Source of the DNA: Candidatus Cloacimonadota bacterium
Lineage (GTDB): Bacteria > Cloacimonadota > Cloacimonadia > JGIOTU-2
Assembly (NCBI GenBank): GCA_049903315.1
Contig: JBNGBT010000003.1
Coordinates: forward strand, 224,001-288,000
DNA length: 64,000 nucleotides
Direction of reading: 5' to 3'
This document shows positions 58,973 to 64,000 of the stretch, piece by piece. The notes beneath the pieces are model-generated. The model was not told the DNA's origin and searched no databases. It saw only the letters and a list, made by a program, of their open reading frames with translations. Position numbers and translations under genes: made by a program. Numbering within the stretch: the stretch's first letter is position 1; each line of letters opens with the position of its first letter.

Positions 58973-59656
58973 ATGAGATTTAAATACATTCTTTTTGATG
59001 CAGACGGGACCTTGTTTGATTATGAACATGCTGAACTGCAAGCTTTTAAGAATACATTAAGGAAATTTCATATCAAAGGTAATGTTGAAGAACTTCATAT
59101 GTCATATAAAACGATAAATTATGCAATATGGAAAGATTTTGAGGAGCATAAAATAAGTGCAAAAGAACTCCGCGTGGAGCGCTTTAAAAGATTTTTGGCG
59201 AAAGAGCAATTACACCATGACAGCAAAGAAATGAGCCGAACCTACATAGAGAATCTTTCAAAAGGGATAAAACTTCTGGATGGAGCAAAAGAAATTATTA
59301 ACTATCTGCACAATAATTATTCAGTGAGTCTTATTACAAATGGACTGGCAGATGTGCAGTATTCACGCATAAGGAATTCTGAGCTGAAAGATGGTTTTGA
59401 GCATATTTTTATTTCGGAAGAGATTGGATTTCCCAAACCTATGAAAGAAATTTTCGAGTACGTTTTTGGAGAGCTTGGTTATCCTCAGAAGGAAGAAGTA
59501 CTTATCGTGGGTGATAGTTTCCGGTCAGATATTGTCGGAGGAAAGAATTACGGCATTAAAACCTGCTGGTTCAATCCGAAGAAATTCAAAAATGAGAACG
59601 GATTTGACCCGGATTATGAGATACAAAAATTAAAGGAATTGAAAGCTATTTTATAA
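58973..59656 (+). CDS. YjjG-family HAD nucleotidase
   Basis: LFDADGTLFD, ITNG, ISEEIG.PKP...IF and VGDS..SDI.GG motifs. Confidence 0.88.
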   Translation: MRFKYILFDADGTLFDYEHAELQAFKNTLRKFHIKGNVEELHMSYKTINYAIWKDFEEHKISAKELRVERFKRFLAKEQLHHDSKEMSRTYIENLSKGIKLLDGAKEIINYLHNNYSVSLITNGLADVQYSRIRNSELKDGFEHIFISEEIGFPKPMKEIFEYVFGELGYPQKEEVLIVGDSFRSDIVGGKNYGIKTCWFNPKKFKNENGFDPDYEIQKLKELKAIL

Positions 59657-61034
59657 GAGTGACTTTCTGTGTTTCGATAACTTCACCATCTACTTTCAAT
59701 ACGGCAAAATACATGCCGGAACACACAACTTCGTTTCGTGTGTCCGTTGCATCCCAACTGAATGATTTCTTACCGTTTTCTAATACTTGGTTACATAGGG
59801 ATGTGACTTTCTGTCCTTTTACATTATAGATCGAGAGCTCTGCTTGATGATTTGATTTTAGATCAAAGGAAAATCTTATTGAATGAGAAAACGGATTAGG
59901 ACTATATAGCAAAATATTAGATGCCGATATTTCTGGTTCTTCAACATAGAGAGGATCTGTATTTCCATCGCAGTCAGTTTTTGTGAGTCTAAGACAATCA
60001 TCAGATGGCTGGAGAAAAATGAATCCACCATCAGAAGTAAGACCAATATTTTTATCCTGACCACTAATAGTGTAATCCTTTTGCCAAATTAGACTAAAAT
60101 CTTCATCTAATTTAATAAGATATGGATTCGCTCCGATAAAGTTGCCGTCTTCTAAAGGAACGATTGCTTTCACACCATCATCAAAAACGCCTAATTCTTG
60201 TTGAAGGGTATTTCCTTGTGGATCCAGTAACCACAAAAGCCCTTTTTCATTGGCAATCGAAGTATAGTTTTCTCCAGAGACAATGATATTATGATCGACA
60301 GTTTCTTCAACTACCATACCTCGGTCATCAAAACCAAATCCGTCGAGTATATGGTACCATTCAGTGGAGCCAAGATAATCGGTCTTAAGAATGAAGGCAT
60401 CCCTATAACCATAATTGCTGACCCAACCTGTCATAACATAGCCCCCATCAGAATAGCTTTTGATCGAGAGAATATTCCCTTCAAAAAAGTTATCAAGCAT
60501 GAACACCCTAGACCATTGTTGGTTTCCATCATTATCCCATTTGCTAATTGCGAGATTGTACCAGGCGGTTCGACCTCCCATTATAATGTTGCCGTCAAGG
60601 GTTTCATCCATGGTATAGATACGGTTCCCGGCATTACTATTATACCATTGGACATTACCCTGTTGATCTCGTTTGATTAGAAATGTAATGTCGGAGAATC
60701 TATACCAACCCGAATGTAAAGTGCCAGCGCTAGCACTAATAGTCAAAGCATTCGCTCCTGTATCCCAATCTTCAATTTCACTCGAGATAATATTTCCATA
60801 AAGGTCGCAATGAATATAATATGCAAAACAGTTATAGTAATCCTCGTAATATCCGTTGATGACATAGCGATCGTGCAGTACAAGTAGATTTCTTTCGTAA
60901 TAATTGTGATTGGTTGGGATTGATGGTGTAAATGGGTCAAGGTCCTTAATCCACGTGCTTTGTGCAAACACAGTTGAGCAAAACATTATACCGTAAAGTA
61001 GCAGTATTAAAGCTAATTTAATTCTTTTGAACAT
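59646..61034 (-). CDS. Secreted beta-propeller-like repeat protein with FlgD-Ig/T9SS-like C-terminal domain
   Basis: Signal peptide; repeats of 'K.D..GN..W' and 'DGGY...G'; SPNPF...IYNVKGQ...WDA...SGMYF...QKVTLIK. Confidence 0.82.
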   Translation of the reverse strand: MFKRIKLALILLLYGIMFCSTVFAQSTWIKDLDPFTPSIPTNHNYYERNLLVLHDRYVINGYYEDYYNCFAYYIHCDLYGNIISSEIEDWDTGANALTISASAGTLHSGWYRFSDITFLIKRDQQGNVQWYNSNAGNRIYTMDETLDGNIIMGGRTAWYNLAISKWDNDGNQQWSRVFMLDNFFEGNILSIKSYSDGGYVMTGWVSNYGYRDAFILKTDYLGSTEWYHILDGFGFDDRGMVVEETVDHNIIVSGENYTSIANEKGLLWLLDPQGNTLQQELGVFDDGVKAIVPLEDGNFIGANPYLIKLDEDFSLIWQKDYTISGQDKNIGLTSDGGFIFLQPSDDCLRLTKTDCDGNTDPLYVEEPEISASNILLYSPNPFSHSIRFSFDLKSNHQAELSIYNVKGQKVTSLCNQVLENGKKSFSWDATDTRNEVVCSGMYFAVLKVDGEVIETQKVTLIK

Positions 61035-61044
61035 TATTCCTCCT

Positions 61045-62202
61045 TTAAGGTTTTTGTGTGTTCAGATCATATACTAACCCTAATGAGTCAGTTTTAGTGA
61101 TTGTAAAGCAATTATCATTACGTGCTGGAAATATAAAACCTCCTTCTTCGGTTAAACAAATTTTATTTTCACTTCCACCACACAAATAATCGCGGTCCCA
61201 TAATATTTCAAGTTCTTCATTCATTTTTACTATGTTTGGACCACCACAAATAAATTCTCCATTTGGTAATGCGAGAATTGTTGAACAGCCATTACTATAT
61301 TTTCCATCTTCCAATTTGAAATTAATAGTATTTCCATCTTTATCAAGTAACCAGAATAATCCCAATTTTTTCCCGGCAATAAATGCGTTACCAACAGCAA
61401 ATATATTTTTATTTGAACTTTCAACAAGCACAATGCCTCTATTCTCACCAGTAATGTCTTCATATGTTTTTGACCACAGTACATTTCCATCAGGATCTAA
61501 TTTCATTACAAAAGTGTTTTTATTTCCTTTTCCTGAAAGATCTACCCAACCACAGAACACATAATTTCCATCAGATGAACATACTGAGGAGAGAAGATTA
61601 ACCAGAGAATTATCGTTGAAAGGAATCCGACGTGACCAAATTTCGTTCCCATTTTCAGTCGCTTTCTTTATAACTAGTTCTTTAAAATCGATAGATTTCC
61701 CAGCAAGAATGATATTTCCATCTTCAGTGTTAGAGATTGTATACGGACAGAAATCAATATGGGGTTTCATCCACTCATAAGAACCAAAAGCATCACGCTT
61801 GATAAGATATCGATTCTCAGTAAACCTTTCCCATCCGGAGTATAGATATCCATCGTCATTCGTAACAGCGAGAACTTTTATGCCAGTATGAAGATTGTCT
61901 TGCCGTGTCCAGATCACATTGCCATTAAAATCTATTTTCATCAAGAAACCCCATCCACTGACATTTAAAGAATCAATATATTCATAGAAGCCAGAAATAA
62001 CATAACCATCCTTACACTTCACAAAGCGACCAATGGAATAAGTTTCCGACAATGCACCAATAACTTCAAACGGATCGTATTTTTTTATCCATGTCTCTTG
62101 TGCGGTTAGAAAAAGCGGAGTTATGCTTAAGCTGAGGAGTAAAATTATGGTAGGTTTTACCCAGCGCAAACTCAATTTACCAGATCTCTTAGTCTTTTTC
62201 AA
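61045..62202 (-). CDS. Secreted beta-propeller-like repeat protein, paralog of the downstream gene, lacking the sorting domain
   Basis: Same repeat type and shared ends (AQETWIKKYDPF vs AQSTWIKDLDPF; GGFIF...TKTD); TTG start. Confidence 0.78.
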   Translation of the reverse strand: MKKTKRSGKLSLRWVKPTIILLLSLSITPLFLTAQETWIKKYDPFEVIGALSETYSIGRFVKCKDGYVISGFYEYIDSLNVSGWGFLMKIDFNGNVIWTRQDNLHTGIKVLAVTNDDGYLYSGWERFTENRYLIKRDAFGSYEWMKPHIDFCPYTISNTEDGNIILAGKSIDFKELVIKKATENGNEIWSRRIPFNDNSLVNLLSSVCSSDGNYVFCGWVDLSGKGNKNTFVMKLDPDGNVLWSKTYEDITGENRGIVLVESSNKNIFAVGNAFIAGKKLGLFWLLDKDGNTINFKLEDGKYSNGCSTILALPNGEFICGGPNIVKMNEELEILWDRDYLCGGSENKICLTEEGGFIFPARNDNCFTITKTDSLGLVYDLNTQKP

Positions 62203-62335
62203 ACAATCCCCTTTGCATTGTTGAAACTATTTTTTATATCATGGCACTTACTACACGTAAAAAGTGTATTCTAAAATATCCTTTGTCAAGTTTTTCCAGA
62301 ACAGGATATTTATAATGAAATAATTACCAATAAAA

Positions 62336-62411
62336 TGGTGGAGAAGAAGGGACTCGAACCCTCGACCGCAGCATTGCGAACGCTGTGCTCTCCCAACTGA
62401 GCTACTTCCCC
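62336..62411 (-). tRNA. tRNA-Ala(CGC)
   Basis: 76 nt GGGGAAGTAGCTCAG...CAGCG-TTCGCAA-TGCTG...GGTTCGAGTCC...CTTCTCCACCA; G3:U70 alanine identity pair. Confidence 0.97.
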
Positions 62412-62478
62412 ACATTATTTTGTGTTGTATTTCTTTATCATGATTCCTGATGTCAATAAACAGTATTGAAATTTGACA

Positions 62479-64000
62479 TCATATCTTCATTTTTTGAACA
62501 AGCTGTTCTTTTGTATCCCATAGTTTTTTGGAAAGTGAAACATGATAATAATGAGGATTCACAAAACGTTTCACCCCAGGATCGAGGCGTTCTACGTCTT
62601 TCTTTCGAGTCTCCCGTACTTCTTCTAATGTGGGCAGGTCATATACAAGCTTGCCGTCTTTAAGAATGTCTACATGCAGTACCTCAAGCTCGGATATTTC
62701 ATTTTTTTGAAGAGTCCGTCTTTTAGTATGTTCAATGGGATGAAGAAGGGTGATCTGATCACGGTTTCTGAGATTTTCATCGTGCAGTGCAATAAGATCA
62801 GCGGTCGCTTTCCCACGTGTGTCGTAGATACGCCATATCTTTTTATGTCCCGGATTCAGTATTTTTTCTTTTGCGCCTGAGAGTTTCATCGCGGGGAATA
62901 GCTCGCCGTTTTTCTCAATAGCTACTAGTTTGTAGACACCATCAAGAGCTGAAGCTCCTTCTGAGGTTATCAGTCCGGTTCCGACTCCATACACGAGTCG
63001 GTTTATCAGATCGTCCGGATCAACACCATTTTGTGCAGCTTCCTCCCGAATTTGAGTTACAATCTGCCAGATCACTAGTTCGTCTAGTGCGTTGGAAAGT
63101 ACGATGACCGCATCCTTAAAACCTGCCTTGTTCAGCATCTTCGCGGAATGAATTGCAAGGTAAGCCAGATCGCCGGAATCGAGACGAATACCAACTGGTA
63201 CATGTCCTTTGCTGCGAAGTTCTTCAAACACTTTTATAGCATTCGGGAGACCGCTCTCTAATGTATTTATTGTATCTACGAGCAACAAACAATCATCAGG
63301 ATACACATCTGCGTATGCGCGGAATGCATCGAACTCTGTATAACCCAGAGCCATGAAGGCCTGTACCATGCAATGAGCATGAGTACCTCGTGGTGCATTA
63401 CCCAGCGCATAGGAAATTCCGGCATTGGAAGAAAAGTCTGCACCCCCAATAAGCGCCGCTCGTGTACCTGCAAGTGAGCCAAGTCCCTGAGCCCTTCTTA
63501 ATCCAAATTCGAGGAGCGGTCTTCCTTTACCGGCGACATTGATTCGTGCTGCTTTTGTGGCAACTAGCGTTTGATAATTAAGGTAATTTAAAAGGGGAGA
63601 TTCCAGAATTTGTGCAATTGCAAAAGGTCCTTGTACGGTCGTGAGCGGCACATTTGGATGAACAACCCTGCCCTCTGGAATTGCCCGAAGTGTTATGTTG
63701 TCAAAATTGCCATATTCAAGAAGATATTGTAAAAAATCCTCATCAAATAATAATTTTCCGCTTTTCCGCGCTTTATGCTTTCGCAAATATGCAACATCTT
63801 TATCCCGAAATCGGGCATCCTTCATCCAGTCCAGCAGCCATTCCAATCCAGCATTGACACAAAATCCTGCTTCGTGTTTTCCATAATTAGGATTAGCTCG
63901 ATAAAAATGATCGAATTGTACAGTTTTCTCATGTATTCCCTGTTTGAAGAACATCTGAGCCATTGTGAGCTGATACATGTCTGTGAATAAGATACCTTCT
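62479..64000 (-). CDS. pncB: Nicotinate phosphoribosyltransferase (5' end outside window)
   Basis: Upstream in-frame codons give [39 protein letters not shown] and GVYKL motifs. Confidence 0.94.
   Translation of the reverse strand, partial: EGILFTDMYQLTMAQMFFKQGIHEKTVQFDHFYRANPNYGKHEAGFCVNAGLEWLLDWMKDARFRDKDVAYLRKHKARKSGKLLFDEDFLQYLLEYGNFDNITLRAIPEGRVVHPNVPLTTVQGPFAIAQILESPLLNYLNYQTLVATKAARINVAGKGRPLLEFGLRRAQGLGSLAGTRAALIGGADFSSNAGISYALGNAPRGTHAHCMVQAFMALGYTEFDAFRAYADVYPDDCLLLVDTINTLESGLPNAIKVFEELRSKGHVPVGIRLDSGDLAYLAIHSAKMLNKAGFKDAVIVLSNALDELVIWQIVTQIREEAAQNGVDPDDLINRLVYGVGTGLITSEGASALDGVYKLVAIEKNGELFPAMKLSGAKEKILNPGHKKIWRIYDTRGKATADLIALHDENLRNRDQITLLHPIEHTKRRTLQKNEISELEVLHVDILKDGKLVYDLPTLEEVRETRKKDVERLDPGVKRFVNPHYYHVSLSKKLWDTKEQLVQKMKI

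Noticed and set aside
40883..62335. Genomic island bounded by tRNA-Val and tRNA-Ala
   Set aside because: No integrase and no duplicated tRNA 3' end (att site) found by eye; housekeeping-like genes are interspersed.
1..64000. CRISPR array, prophage or rRNA
   Set aside because: No regularly spaced repeats, cas genes, phage genes or rRNA-like sequence were seen.

Overview
AT-rich bacterial chromosomal window. It is inferred to come from an FCB-group anaerobe, most likely Cloacimonadota-like, because it carries LPS genes (waaA, lpxH-like), a gingipain-type C25 protease and several proteins with FlgD-Ig/T9SS-like C-terminal sorting domains. About 1-41 kb is mostly housekeeping: partial dnaE, rpmA, rplU, Rne/Rng, a radical SAM fusion, pdxJ, waaA, two histidine kinases, PBP1A, glmS, recO, pckA, an MCE/Mla-type ABC operon, an elongated alanine racemase and tRNA-Val. 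About 41-62 kb is rich in accessory envelope and secreted proteins and ends with tRNA-Ala(CGC) and a partial pncB. I saw no CRISPR array, integrase or intact transposase. The best candidate for an undescribed system is the tight three-gene operon at 54084-58865. It encodes a membrane-anchored protein built of about 17 (S)x[D/E/N]F[Q] repeats, an outer-membrane zinc-peptidase/beta-propeller/Omp85-like barrel protein, and a PrsW intramembrane protease with no sigma factor nearby, which suggests a dedicated cleave-and-export system. Other leads are an MCE operon with its own predicted beta-barrel, an alanine racemase with a ~270-aa unknown extension, an orphan pilin lacking Gly-1/Phe+1, a Rex/CRP-like operator over the pckA -35, and a window-wide strong -35 / weak -10 promoter pattern. 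All calls come from motif reading only; no database searches were run.
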